A DNA stretch of 64,000 nt from Callorhinchus milii (taxonomy: Eukaryota): contig NW_024704749.1 of assembly GCF_018977255.1 (NCBI RefSeq), forward strand, positions 4,092,001-4,156,000. Reading direction: 5' to 3'. Made by a program: the position numbers and the translations under genes. Positions 1-12,071 of the stretch are shown here, in pieces. The notes under the pieces are model-generated. The model saw only the letters and a list, made by a program, of their open reading frames with translations, made no database searches and had not been told where the DNA came from. How positions within the stretch are numbered: the first letter of the stretch is position 1; every line of letters begins with the position of its first letter.

Positions 1-427
1 TTCATCTAAACACTGAGACATAGCAATCCACCCCGAACCCAAGACGAGATCAGCGAACTCAGCAAAGACCGCTCAGCATCATACCACGTTAAGCACTCTG
101 GGACGCTACCCTGTGTAAGGGGCACTAAATAAATGCAAGGGTTGTTGTTGGTGGTATATTTCTTCGATGAATCAATGGTGGAAGTTATTGCGATGTTCCA
201 ACAACAGCCCTATGTGCACCCAGTGAACATGTGCCATCTGGTACCCAGTGCCAGGTTACAATAATAAGGAGAACAACAACTTGCATTTATGTAGTGCCTT
301 TCACACAGGGTAATGTCCCAGAGATCTTAAACATATTAACCGTTAAAGTAAAAGCGTCTAGGCTTCTGATCACTAACTTTTGCTAGAAACTGAGGATGTT
401 GGGAGTCAGGCGAGGATATGAATTGGG

Positions 428-1544
428 TTCTCCGCTAACGGCTGTCTCGTGCGGCGTCCCTCAGGGCTCTGTCCTCGGTCCCCTCCTCTTCACCCTCTAT
501 AATGCTCCCCCTTGGTGACATCATCCGCAGACATGGGGTTAACTTCCACATGTATGCGGATGACACCCAACTCTACCTTTCCTCTTCTACCCTCAACTCC
601 ACGACCCCCGATGTCCTGACAGCTGTCTGTCCGACATCGAGTCCTGGACGAGAGACAACTTTCTTCAGCTCAACGTGGGCAAAACTGAGGCCCTCCTGAT
701 TGGCTCACGTCAGTGCCTCCGCACCTCAGGCGCTGACACCATCAGCATCCAAGGCTGCACTCTCCACCTCTCAAAGCCATCAGGAACCTCGGGGTTCTGT
801 TCGACCCTGAGCTGTCCTTTCTCCCTCACATCCGCACCACAACTGGCACCGCCTTCCATCACCTCCGGAACATCGCCAGACTACGGCACTACCTCACCCC
901 TCACGCCGCTGAAACCCTGGTCCACGCCTTTATCACCTCAAGGCTGGACTACGGGAACTCTCTCCTCGCCGGCCTTCCCGCCACCTCCCTCCACACTGCA
1001 GGTCATTCAGAACTCTGCAGCTCGTGTACTGTCCCGCACCAGACTTCGGGACCACATCACTCCCACCCTCGCTCTCCTCCACTGGCTCCCCATCCCCCAG
1101 AGGATCGAATTCAAGATCCTCATCCTCGCCTACAAGGCCATTCACGGCCTCGCTCCCTCCTACCTCTCTGACCTACTATCCCCCTACCTACCTGCCCGTA
1201 CCCTCCGTTCCTCTGGCTCCGGTCTGCTCCACAACCCCCGCCCCAACCGCCCTACCATTGGTGGCCGGGCCTTCAGCCTCTCAGCCCCGAGGCTCTGGAA
1301 CTCTATCCCCCAGTGCCTTCGCCGCTTCCTCCCTTTCCTCCTTCAAGGCCGGTCTCAAGACCTTTCTCTTCAACCGTGCCTTCAGCTCCCCTCTCGACTC
1401 TCTACCCCCTCCTCGCTCCCTCCCTTCCCTCCCCTCACCCTGACCATTGGCCCCGTGCTCGGGTCCCGACCCAACTGTCCAGCGCCTTGGGACGTCCTCC
1501 CAACGTGAAAGGCCCTCTATAAATGCAATCTTGTTGTTGTTGTT
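428..1544 (+). mobile_element. 5'-truncated, frameshifted L2-clade LINE (RT C-terminal half, 3'UTR, (TTG)n tail)
   Basis: Motifs [48 protein letters not shown] and GGRAFSLSAPRLWNS lie in different frames; ends in a 3' stem-loop GCGCCTTGGGACGTC-CTCCC-AACGTGAAAGGC followed by TTG repeats. Confidence 0.93.
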
Positions 1545-1643
1545 CCATTGCGGTAGTCACAGTGCCTGTTGATTTTCACTGTCCCAGCTCCCACATGAGA
1601 GTGTGGATGAGAGCCGGTCAGTGTCCACAGAGGTACGATTAAC

Positions 1644-1880
1644 CGATCACTTTCCAGGAGTAATGACCCCTCAAAAAAAAATTTGGTCACTCACTCCACG
1701 ACTGTTTGTGGGACGCTGCTGTTCGCAATTGGCTGCCGCGTTTCACCCACAAAATACACAGTCAATCCACTTTGCAATATATCCTGTGAAGCGCCTCCCT
1801 CTTCCCTTAGGGAGACGTCTCAACGACGTGACAAGGCGCTATGTCAAATGCAAGGATTATTATTGTTGCTATTATTATAA
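1644..1880 (+). mobile_element. tRNA-derived SINE, 3' half
   Basis: Matches the body TGTGGGACGCTGCTG..AATTGGCTGCCGCGTTTC and the AAATGCAAGGATTATT tail seen in many other copies. Confidence 0.85.
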
Positions 1881-2495
1881 TTCTAGCCCGAGTCACCTTC
1901 TTCAGGAGATAAGGGAAGAGGGAGGTGCGTGTGTGTGTGAGGGGGTGGTGGGGGAGTTAAAAAAAAAAGCAGGCAGCAAAATGCACAGTTTGATGTAGTT
2001 TACTGCAAAGCCAGGAGATTTTAATGTGGTGAAATCCAGGCTACGCTTTGCACACGAACTTTGGATTGTACAGATGGGGTGAAACCAGAAACCATTTCTT
2101 CTTGAAAGGCAGATAATGCCACACCTGTGACATGTTGGAGTGAATCCCAGAGTCACTGAGCATCATGTGAATCTGGTTTAATCAAGGCTACAAAGAGATA
2201 CAGACAATGCTCGAAAACGTTCACTTTCTTTACTAATGCTTCCTTAATTAAAAATGGTTGTCTTAACAAACACGGAATTCCAATCTGCCTTTGTCTTTCG
2301 GTTATCGGGCCTTAAAGAAACCGAGAGGAATAATACCTGGCAGTTTTGTTCCCAATTAATAATTCACAGCGACGTAAAGTGAGAAGGGTTTGCATCTGTT
2401 TTCTTCCAGGACTAGAAGTTACCTGTTGGTGAAATCTAGATAACAGGCGAACAGTAGTTTCCTCTTTCGAAACAAATAACAATTTTCAAATGTAA

Positions 2496-3108
2496 AATAA
2501 TGATCATCGCACTTGACTCAGTGCCTTTCGCGTCGAGAAGATGTCTCAAAGTGCTTCACAGGATGTGCCACAAAATTGCGGTGTCTGTGTTTTGTAGGCA
2601 AACGTGGCAGTGTATTTTTGGCCGCAAACAGCCATGAAATTAATCACCGATTCTATCTGGAGCGATTGTTGGTCAGGACCCTGGGAGAAACTCACTTCTC
2701 TTTTCGAAGTGTGCAGTGGGATCTCTAACATTCATCTGAAGAGGCAAACAGGATCTCAGTTGAAAGATGTAATAATAAGAATAATTATTATTGCATTTGG
2801 TACATCTACTTCAGTCATGAAGTGAGTGAGCAGCTTTATTTGGGGGATTGTCGGCCAGGACATTGGAAGAATCTTCTCTTCTCTTATCAAATAAGTGGCC
2901 TGGGATCTTTAACTTCCACCTGTACAGGCAGATGTGAGCTCTGTTTAACGCCTCATCTGAAGGACGGCACCTCCGACAATGCAGCACTCCCCCAGCCCTG
3001 CACTGGAGCATCGGTTTAGACGATGTAATTCCAAGTCCCGAAGTTGGGCTTGACCCCACAACCTTCTAACTCAAGAGGCAAGTACTCTACCCACTGTGCC
3101 AGGCTGAC
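2496..3108 (-). mobile_element. Older Deu-type (SacSINE1-like) SINE fragments
   Basis: GGCACCTCCGACAATGCAGCACTCCC segment, tRNA-like head near 3040-3105, shared 3' body; similar to 13376-13775. Confidence 0.7.
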
Positions 3109-3914
3109 TACATTCCTATTTTTAATATCCCGCACACAACCCCCCCCCACACACACACACATATATTTGCCCGAGAGGTGCTGACTCATGCTGGGTGCAG
3201 TTTTACAGGGAACAGCAGCCATTTGGGGCTTCATCCGATTGGTGTTGTGTACTGTGAGTGAATATGAACCGGCTGCTCATCCATGAGGCCCTATAGCCAA
3301 ACCCCACCCAACTCGCCTGCTCTTCCCAGCGGGGAGTTGCTGGGTACAACCGGGAGCAGAATCCCAGGCTGATCTCACCCTTCCCTAACCTGGGGCGTTG
3401 AAGCTAATTAAAGCTCTCTTTCTCTCTCTCTCCCCACTGCACACTCCGCAGTCAAACCATTTAGAACTTGGTTCCTTTCCGGCACGTGGAGATCAAATTG
3501 ACACTGATATTGAGTTTCCCCAATGGCCCATGGAGGGAGAAAGGGGGTTGGGAAGAGGGTAGGGACAAGGGGGAATAAATCTGTTTATCTAGATTCACAT
3601 TATGCTCAGCAATTCTGGATTCACTCCAATATGTCACAGGTGTGACATTATTTTCCTTTGAAAAAGAAATGGTTTCTGGTTGCATTATATATTACCAAAA
3701 AAAGCAAGTTGTTGTTGATGTTGTTGTTGTAGAGGGACCTGGGAAGGGATCTGATGTAGAGGAGAGCACGGCTTGTAGAGCCTTTGAACCAGGCAGAGTG
3801 GAGAGGTGGAGAAGGTGCTACATAAATGCAATTTGTTGTCGTCACTATTGCTGTTGTTATAAGCACCTCAGTGATAGGATTCTTAGGATTACTGAGTGCT
3901 GCCATGTTGTACTG

Positions 3915-4197
3915 AAGCATAATGGTTAGAGCAATCGCCTCGCAAGCAAGAGGACCTGAGTGGGGCGAAACCTTAGGCAACTTTCCTTACTCCCCACGCC
4001 TCTGTTTACCCAGCAGTTAAGTAGGAACCCTGTTTGTTAGTCGAAGTGTGGGACGCTGCTGTGCGCAATTGGCTGCCGCGTTTCGCCCACAAATATACGG
4101 TCAATTCACTTTTACAGCATATTATGTGAAGCGCTTTGAGACGTCTAGAAGACGTGAAAAGCGCTGTGTCAAATGCAAGGATTATTATTATTATTAG
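3915..4197 (+). mobile_element. tRNA-derived SINE
   Basis: Head TGGTTAGAGCAATCGCCTCGCAAGC, middle CTCTGTTTACCCAGCAG, (TTA)n tail. Confidence 0.85.
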
Positions 4198-5104
4198 CAG
4201 ATCGCTTTCCGGGGGTAATAAACCCTCAAACAAAAAAGGGGTCACTCAATCCATGACTGTTTGTTGGATGCCTGCTTTGCACAATTGGCTGCTGCGTTTT
4301 GCCCACAGAATACTCATTCATCACACTTTACAGTATATAAGTGCCCTGGGATCTTTGAGATGTCAAGCCATAGACATCAAAGGTAGGCACCTGAAGATCT
4401 TCCTCTTCGACCGTGCTCACCCCACCCCCTGGCTCGGTGTCGTGCTCTACGCTCTGAGCGCTTGAGAGGTGTTGTGTACATGCAAGTTGTTGTTATCGCA
4501 ACAAGGTGATAAGGCGCTACATCAAATGGAAGGATTATTACTATTATTATATTATTCTTTTTTGACACCCGATGGCAAGAGAGTTGGCCAACTCGCTGTA
4601 CAGAAGTGAGGCAGGCGAGAGGCGGGTGGAGCACAGAGAGCAGCTGTGGTGGCAGAGTGCCATGTTGGGACGCGCCTGATTCAGCTTCCAGGCGGGTTCG
4701 CCTTGAGGGAAGTATTTGGCAAAGAAAGAAAAGCTTGTGAATGAACCTTACCATCTGCTCACAGACACTTTGGCCAAAGGCCACCTTTAAAGGGTTTTTA
4801 CACACACACACACACATGCCACACATGCACACACACCTACATACCCACATACATACACACACACATGCATACACACAATGTACATATGCGCACATATGCA
4901 CTTACATACCCACATACATACATACACATACTAATTAACAGGATTCTTTAAATCTTAGCTAACAACAAGTGGCAAAAGCTGTTTTGCCCACAAAATATAC
5001 TGTAAATTCAATTCCCTTTACAGTATATTCTGTGAAGTGCTTTGAGACGTCTCAACAGTTTGATAAAGCGCTATGTCAAATGCAAGGATTATTATCATAT
5101 ATAA

Positions 5105-5270
5105 ACCTTAAACCCTTCGACCATGCCATCGGCCACCCCCCCTTCTCTTCCCCTCCCTTCTACCCCCCCCACCCGACCCCAGCTCGGGCCTGAAATGCTG
5201 TACTCTGTCCAGTGCCTTGGGACGTCCTCCTGACGTGAAAGGCGCTATACAAATGTAATCTTGTTGTTGT
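5105..5270 (+). mobile_element. L2 LINE 3' end (second subfamily; near-identical copy at about 55790-55972)
   Basis: GACCATGCCATCGGCCACCCC..GCTCGGGCCTGAAATGCTGTACTCTG, stem-loop and TTG tail. Confidence 0.8.
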
Positions 5271-5454
5271 AAACTGGATGATTGGGATTTGAACACTTGG
5301 GTTGGGGGGCAGGGAGGGAATCAGATTTTCAACTGCAAACATCAGATCTCCAAATGTCCAAGAGAAGACCAGGTTATTCAGCTTTAAAACCATTTCTTTC
5401 CTGCTACATCTCAGTTCTCCTTCTCCCACCTAGCATTTCCCTCCTCCTCCTCCC

Positions 5455-5492
<38 letters not shown>

Positions 5493-5564
5493 ACCTATTT
5501 CTCCCTCTCCTTAAGATGGGAATTCACCATTGGCTATCCTCAGGCTATCCTTAATTTTTTTGGG

Positions 5565-5970
5565 TGAGCAGGGTATCTGACATATGAGGAAACCCATCAC
5601 CGTTGCTTAAGAGCCTCCAAACCAAACTGAGAATTCCACACATCCCACCTACACATGGGAATTCCAGAGATAGATGGTTGGCTTAGAATGCGCACTCTCT
5701 CCTTCCCTCGAGTGACGTATCCTGCTTACCTAGTTCCAGGGAGTATTTGGTGCAGATTGGCAAGAGCCAAGGCTTTGGGACTCCAGAGTGTGTTTTGGGG
5801 TAACTTCTGGGATAAAACCGCATAGCTCGCCATTGATGCTTCTGTCTGGCAAGCTTTCCCACTGCTTGTCGAGTTAGGACCACCCTACCCATTACCCATC
5901 AGGGCTTTGGCTGGCAGGGTTAACAGGAGCTGAGTGGGAGGATTCCCTGCCCCCAGCGGCCAGTTACCTC
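5565..5970 (+). mobile_element. Fragment of an unclassified inverted-terminal-repeat element family
   Basis: Terminal motif GGAAACCCATCACC..CCAAACCAAACTGAGAATTCC shared with about 15818, 41556, 44318 and 45136; internal part matches 16060-16433 in reverse. Confidence 0.6.
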
Positions 5971-6630
5971 TCTCTCCTCAACATGGATTCAAACTCTACA
6001 GGAGGTAACGATCCTCCCTTGAGAAAGAAATTCCAGGCAGGGCTGAAGCTCTTCACAAGGCTTTTGTTTGACGAATGAATGTGTCATTTACACCTGATGG
6101 CGTATTTCCCATTAAGTGCCACCCTTCTCACTTGAAAGATAGCAGACTCATTAACCCTCAGGCTGCCGTGGTCCTCTCTGTTATACATAAAAAACTGTTC
6201 TGTGATCAGTAATGACCCGGTTGTAAATAAGTCAATGGATCACCAATTAGTTCCAAGATTTACCGATTGTTGGTGAGTGTAAAAAAAACAGTTTGCTTTC
6301 ACCAGGGAAAATAAACTGGAGAGTTTGTTATTTCATTTTTTGTGTCAGACACCTGTGGAAACTTAGTGCAGTGCTCAAGAGTGTGTAAAAAAACAGACTG
6401 AGATTTCCACATATGTATGGCATGCAGGCATGGAACGGAAAATTTCCCTGTGTCCCTGAATGGAACGCTCACTTTCTCTCCCAGCACCAGAGGGAATGCA
6501 CCGGGCTTACCTAATTGCGTAGAATATTAGGTGCAGGGTTGACAAGAGGAAAGGTTTGGGAGTGGGCAAACTGGCCACACTGCAGAGCAGACAAAATCCA
6601 TTTGCAACGTTCAGGAGTGCATTATAATAT

Positions 6631-7005
6631 TAATAATAATAATAATAATCCTCGCATTTGATATAGCGCCTTTTCACCTCGTTGAGCCATCTCAAAGAGC
6701 TTCACAGAACGTACTGTAAAGTGAACCAACCGTGTATCCTGTGGGTGAAACGCAGCAGCCAATTGCGCACAGCAGCCAATTGCGTCCCACAAACAATCGT
6801 GGATTGAGCGACCGCATTTTTGTAAAGAGATTATTACCCCCAGAAAAGCCAATCGACTAACAACCAGGTTCTTACTTACGGTTGGTAAACAGAGGCGTGT
6901 GGAGCAAGGAAACTTGGCTAAGGTTTTTTGCCCTGCCCAGGATTCGAACCCGGGTCCTCTCGCTTGCTAGGCGAGTGCTCTAATCACTCGGAATCACAAG
7001 AGTCC
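6631..7005 (-). mobile_element. Full-length tRNA-derived SINE (long form)
   Basis: Reverse complement shows A/B-box head, middle segment and (TTA)n tail. Confidence 0.9.
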
Positions 7006-7524
7006 AATCACAGCAGCAACAATAATTTATGAGTAGCCCCTCGGAGCACTTTGCAACACTCTGAAAGACAACATTCGTTCTTGGTTTGAGAACTTCCTGG
7101 GTTAAATCTGTAACCTGCTGTCATTCATTAACATCTGGTGTGAGGTAAGTACACACAAAGGAGGTCATTAGTTTCTTGGAAAGATTAGGGCAACGGGCCA
7201 CAGGAACTGTCCCATCAGAGACCAGGAAAAGAAACTGCAGTGATTAGAAAAAGCATAAACAGATCCATGATACATAAAATAACAGATAATGGAGTGAATT
7301 GGTGCTGTAATCTAATCTTGGCTCTCCAACGACATTTCGGAATAATTAGATTACGGCCGGGTAACTCACCAGAGGTCTCCACCTTGTTGGAGCTCGCACT
7401 CCACTTTTCTCTCGATTACACAAGCGCTCTGGGACGCTACCCTGCAAAAGGGGTGCTGTATCAATGCAAGTTGTTGTGGTGGTGGTTGTTGTTGTTGTTG
7501 ACTCAGTGTTAGCTAAAGCTGAGT

Positions 7525-7844
7525 GGAACCCTGTAGCTCAGTGGTTAGAGCGCTCGCCTGGCAAAGCGAGAAGGCCTGGGTTCGATTCCCGGCAGCGGCG
7601 AAATCTTGGGCAAGTTTCCTTACTCCGCACGCCTGATAATAATCCCTCATGAACAAAAATAAAATAAATAACTTGGGTCACTCAATCCACGACTGTTCGT
7701 GGGACGCTACTGTGCGCAATTGGTTGCTGTGTTTCGCCCACAAATATACAGTCAATTCACTTTACAGTCTATTCTGTGAAGCGCTTTCAGACGTCGAGAA
7801 GACGTGAAAAGCGCTATATCAAATGCAAGGATTATTATTATTAT
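7525..7844 (+). mobile_element. Full-length tRNA-derived SINE (short form)
   Basis: A box TAGCTCAGTGG, B box GGTTCGATTCC, (TTA)n tail; lacks the CTCTGTTTACC..GGGGTAA segment. Confidence 0.9.
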
Positions 7845-8237
7845 GTTAATTTCAGGTTCAACCCCCACCAACCATCACCAATCCACAACCCCCACCTCAC
7901 ACACAAGTTTTTGTGGAGTTGGTGATCTGATCTGGGACACTGGGGCAGGGAGAGAGGATTTACCTAAACGCCTCTGGTCAGGAAAGGGGGTGGGGGGGAG
8001 ATTCCAACAAGGGTCCACATTCCTGATCTGTACCCTCTGACCCGCTGGAAAATAATGATAATAATCCTAGCATTTGATGCGTCGCTTTTCACGTCGAGAG
8101 GAAGGACATCTCAGAGCGCTTCACAGGATTTACTGTAAAGTGTAGTGACTGTGCGGCGATTTTGCAGACAAGCTGACTCAGAGGCGAGAGTGCTAATGAC
8201 TGAGCCAGGCTGTCACTGCGCGTGAGAGTTGATTGTT

Positions 8238-8540
8238 GGAGTCCCATAGTGTAGTGGTTAGAGCGCTCGCCTCACCAGCAAGAGGACCCGGGTTCGATTC
8301 CCGGGCGGGTAGAAACCTTAGGCAAGTTTACTTACTCCACACTCCTCTGTTTACCTCGCAGTAAGTAGGTCACTCAATCCATAGCTGTTTACGGGGACGC
8401 TGCTGTGTGCAATTGGCTGCTGCGTTCGCCCACAAATATACAGTCAATTCACTTTACAGTGTGTTCTGTGAAGCGCTTTGGGACGTCCTCCCGACGTGAA
8501 AAGCGCTATATCAAATGCAAGGATTATTATTATTATTATT
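8238..8540 (+). mobile_element. tRNA-derived SINE carrying the LINE-type CTCCC loop
   Basis: A/B boxes, body, GGGACGTCCTCCCGACGTGAAAAGCGC, (TTA)n. Confidence 0.9.
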
Positions 8541-9148
8541 CCGTGAAGCACCTTGTGACGTCTTGAAGACTCAATAAGTTGCTATGCCTAAAAATACAAG
8601 GATTATTACTACAATTCATTGGCCACACAGTGTTTGTTTTTAACTTCAGCGGAGCGGTGGTGTTTGGGGGGAGGGCGGAGAGGGGAGAGGGACAGTGGCT
8701 CACACTCATGCGGCAACTGGTAAGTGTGAAGAGCAGAGCAGCACCGGGCTGAGCCTCGCTAATAACCACAAAACCTCCAATTTGAACGTTCTGAGGTCTA
8801 CCATGGGGAAGCCCTCGGCAGTTCCGTTTATTCATGTTCCCGCAAAATAACGAATAGCTTATTTTCTTCCAGGCAGCAGTGAATCCAATTACTCTGCCTC
8901 TGTGGTGGGAAAAGGCCGGTCTTGGGGGGATTGGGGGGGGGGGAGGTAGTGGGGGGGGATGGTGGAGAGGCGGGTGGAGGGATCAAACACAAAGCTTGAC
9001 CTCCAAGCGGAGCAGTGATTAGTTGGATGTGTCAGTCTCTGATGCTCCCTGATGGTGCTTCAGTCAAAAGAAAACAGAAGGCTCAATCTCTCTATCTAAA
9101 ATCTCCACAAAAAAAACATAATTTCTTATTCTGTCTTTTGCCCGGGAA

Positions 9149-9191
<43 letters not shown>

Positions 9192-9921
9192 CTCCGTCTC
9201 TGTCTCTCTCTCTCTCTCTCCGATTGTTAATGTGATTTCACTTTCACCCTCCCTTCCTCTCTCCTGCAGATATAATGAAGCACAAAATGTCTCCGCTGGA
9301 CACCTTTGACCCACTGGCCCCACTTCATTTACACATGAAATAAGAGATGAGACTCTTCCCTTCTCTCTGCCCCCACCCCACTCCCCCCCACCTCCTTCGC
9401 CAGTGCCTTGAATTGCACAACAAATGAAGGAGATTCCCTTTTGTAAGCACTTCAGAACTAGCGAGGCCTTTAAAATGCGACGCTCGACTCGCTTACTCCA
9501 TTCCAAGGCCCATCTGCACAACAGGGACATTAGAATAGTCCCAAACATGGAACTTAACACAATAACATCTATATATGTTTACCGAGCTGTAAGTATCAAC
9601 ACAGTTGTTAGGCGATTGGCAGATCTATTTCTGGGAGTAATAATCCCTCCAAATAATAATATTAATCTCAGAAAGATTAACCTCAGAGCAGATTTGGTCA
9701 GAAAACCTAATGCTGTTTGTATTGTATCTCACGTTTGGTGCTCACATTTTTGCCCTTTGAAACTGAAGGGAAGTTCTGGACTTTTAGAAGATGTCAGTAC
9801 GATTTGGTGTTAAAAGGGCAGATTAATACTGTACAGGATGCTGAATCCCTTATCAACAAAGTGAGTGTAAGAGGCAGATAAGGAGATGGATGGGCAGAAA
9901 GACAGACTCCAACAAGTAAAT

Positions 9922-10287
9922 GGAGTCCTGTAGCCTATTGGTTAGAGCACTCGCCTCGCAAGCGAGAGGACCCGGGTTTGATTCCCGGGCAGAGCAAAAC
10001 CTTAGGCAAGTTTCCTTACTCCACCCGCCTCTGTTTGCCCTGCAGTAAGCAGGAACCTGGTTGTTAGTCGATTGGCGGATCGCTTTTCCTGGGGTAATAA
10101 TCTCTTTAAAAAAATGTGGTCACTCTATCCGCGATTGTTTGTGGCACTCTGCTGTGCAGAATTGGCTGCCGCGTTTTGCCCACAAAAATATACAGTCACA
10201 ATTCACTTTACAGTGTATTCCGTGTAACGCTTTGAGACGTCTCGAAGACGTGATAACGTGATAAATGCAAGGATTATTATTATTATT
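9922..10287 (+). mobile_element. Full-length tRNA-Ala-like SINE (long form)
   Basis: Head with anticodon-like arm CTCGC-CTCGCAA-GCGAG, complete middle, (TTA)n tail. Confidence 0.9.
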
Positions 10288-10656
10288 GTGAAGGCAGAGA
10301 GAAAAAGAGAGAGAGAGAGACAGACACACAGAGACAGAGAGCGAAATGAAGCTCATCCCATTTGTGTGCTGTGTGAACATGGATCCAGCAGGTTAAAGGG
10401 CAATGTTTCAAGTCACTGCACTAGTTAAGCTGCGTGCTGGTCCACATCAGACCACTGCCGACACCCAGGCCTCATGAAAGGGAGAGCGAGACTAATCACA
10501 ACCACCAAAAAAAAACCCTGAGAAGACCTCCATGGGAACCAGAGAGGAGGAGTCACCTCGAGAACTCTAAACAAGCCACCGAATGTGTGGTGTCAGACTG
10601 AACCAGGCGTCCAGGCAAGAGAACACTTCTACACTCTTTGTTCGCCAGTGTCCATC

Positions 10657-10786
10657 NNNNNNNNNNNNNNNNNNNNNNNNNNNNNNNNNNNNNNNNNNNN
10701 NNNNNNNNNNNNNNNNNNNNNNNNNNNNNNNNNNNNNNNNNNNNNNNNNNNNNNNNNNNNNNNNNNNNNNNNNNNNNNNNNNNNNN
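10657..10786. other. Assembly gap (N run)
   Basis: 130 N. Confidence 1.
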
Positions 10787-10893
10787 AATCCCCGGATCTC
10801 AGACAGTGACCCCTTCCCATCATTGCACACACCCTCGCCCACCTGTAGTGCAGTGACCGTGAAACAGTTTGGAAAGAAAGCACCCCCTTGCCC

Positions 10894-11190
10894 CTTCACC
10901 TCCTCATTCGCTCACCCCTTCACTCCCTCGCCCCCTCGCTCCCTCACCCCCTTACTCCTTCACCCCCTCACTCCCTCACCACCTCACTCTCTCACCCCCT
11001 TGCTCCCTCACCCCTCACTCCCTCACCCCCTCACTCCCTCACCCCCTCACCCCTTACTCCTTCACCCCCTCACTCCCTCACTAACTCACTCTCTCACCCC
11101 CTCGCTCCCTCACCCCTCACTCCCTCACCCCTCACTCCCTCACCCCCTCACTCCCTCACTCCCTCACCCCCTCACTCCTCACCCCCACCA
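10894..11190 (+). repeat. C-rich minisatellite of 8-mer CTCACCCC/CTCACTCC units
   Basis: Direct tandem units visible. Confidence 0.9.
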
Positions 11191-12037
11191 CAAAACAAAC
11201 ACTGTCCAAAAGGCCAACTTTATCATAAGGCTAAACAAATGCATTTGATAATAATGATATTAATAATAATAATCCTTGCATTTATAAAGCTTCTTTCACT
11301 TCGGGAGCGCATCTCAAAGCGCTTCACTGGGTTTACTGCCGATCACAGGGATGGCGTACTTTACAGTCTCTTCAGAACACCTTAGCACCTCGCAAATCAC
11401 CTCGCGGTGTCTGCACACGTCTTAAAGTGGATTCCTTATGTAACCCTGTGGGGCTCCCAGTGAACCGGCCAGTGTCCGACTGGCCATTTTAGCTTTGACC
11501 AAAGAGATAGTCCTGGGATAGAGGCGCTGCCTTGTGCATTTCTCAGCCGTGCACAGCAGACTCCTGCTCTTTACTCAATCAGAAGATCAGTCAGAGGTCC
11601 CGCTCCTGACTCCCACCCATTGAACCCCACTGAAAAGTGCACACGCTTAGATGTCGTGTTTCACCCGCAAAATACAGTCAATCCACTCTACGGTATATTC
11701 TGTGAAGCGCTTTGAGACGTCACGAAGATGTGATAAGGCGCTGTACCTGCTTGAGTAAGTGCAGCTAGATTGCAGTTTTGGTCACTTCAATCCACGACTG
11801 TTTGTGTGGGACGCTGCTGTGCGCAATTGGCTGCCATGTTTCGCCCACAAAATACACAGTCAATTCACTTTACAGTATATTCTGTGAAGCGCTTTGAGAC
11901 GTCACAACGACCTGAAAAGGCGCTATGTCAAATGCAAGGATTATTATTATTATTATTACCAAATGTAAGGATTATTAATGTGTGAGGACTGGTATCTCAG
12001 CTGTGATCAATTCCCTTCTCCCCCATCCTCAACCAAC

Positions 12038-12071
<34 letters not shown>

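Noticed and set aside
502-1508. Intact reverse transcriptase gene
   Set aside because: 5'-truncated with several frameshifts
9922-9995. tRNA-Ala-like genes (also 7525, 8238, 42687, 62719)
   Set aside because: The acceptor stem cannot close and each continues into a SINE body and tail, so these are SINE heads
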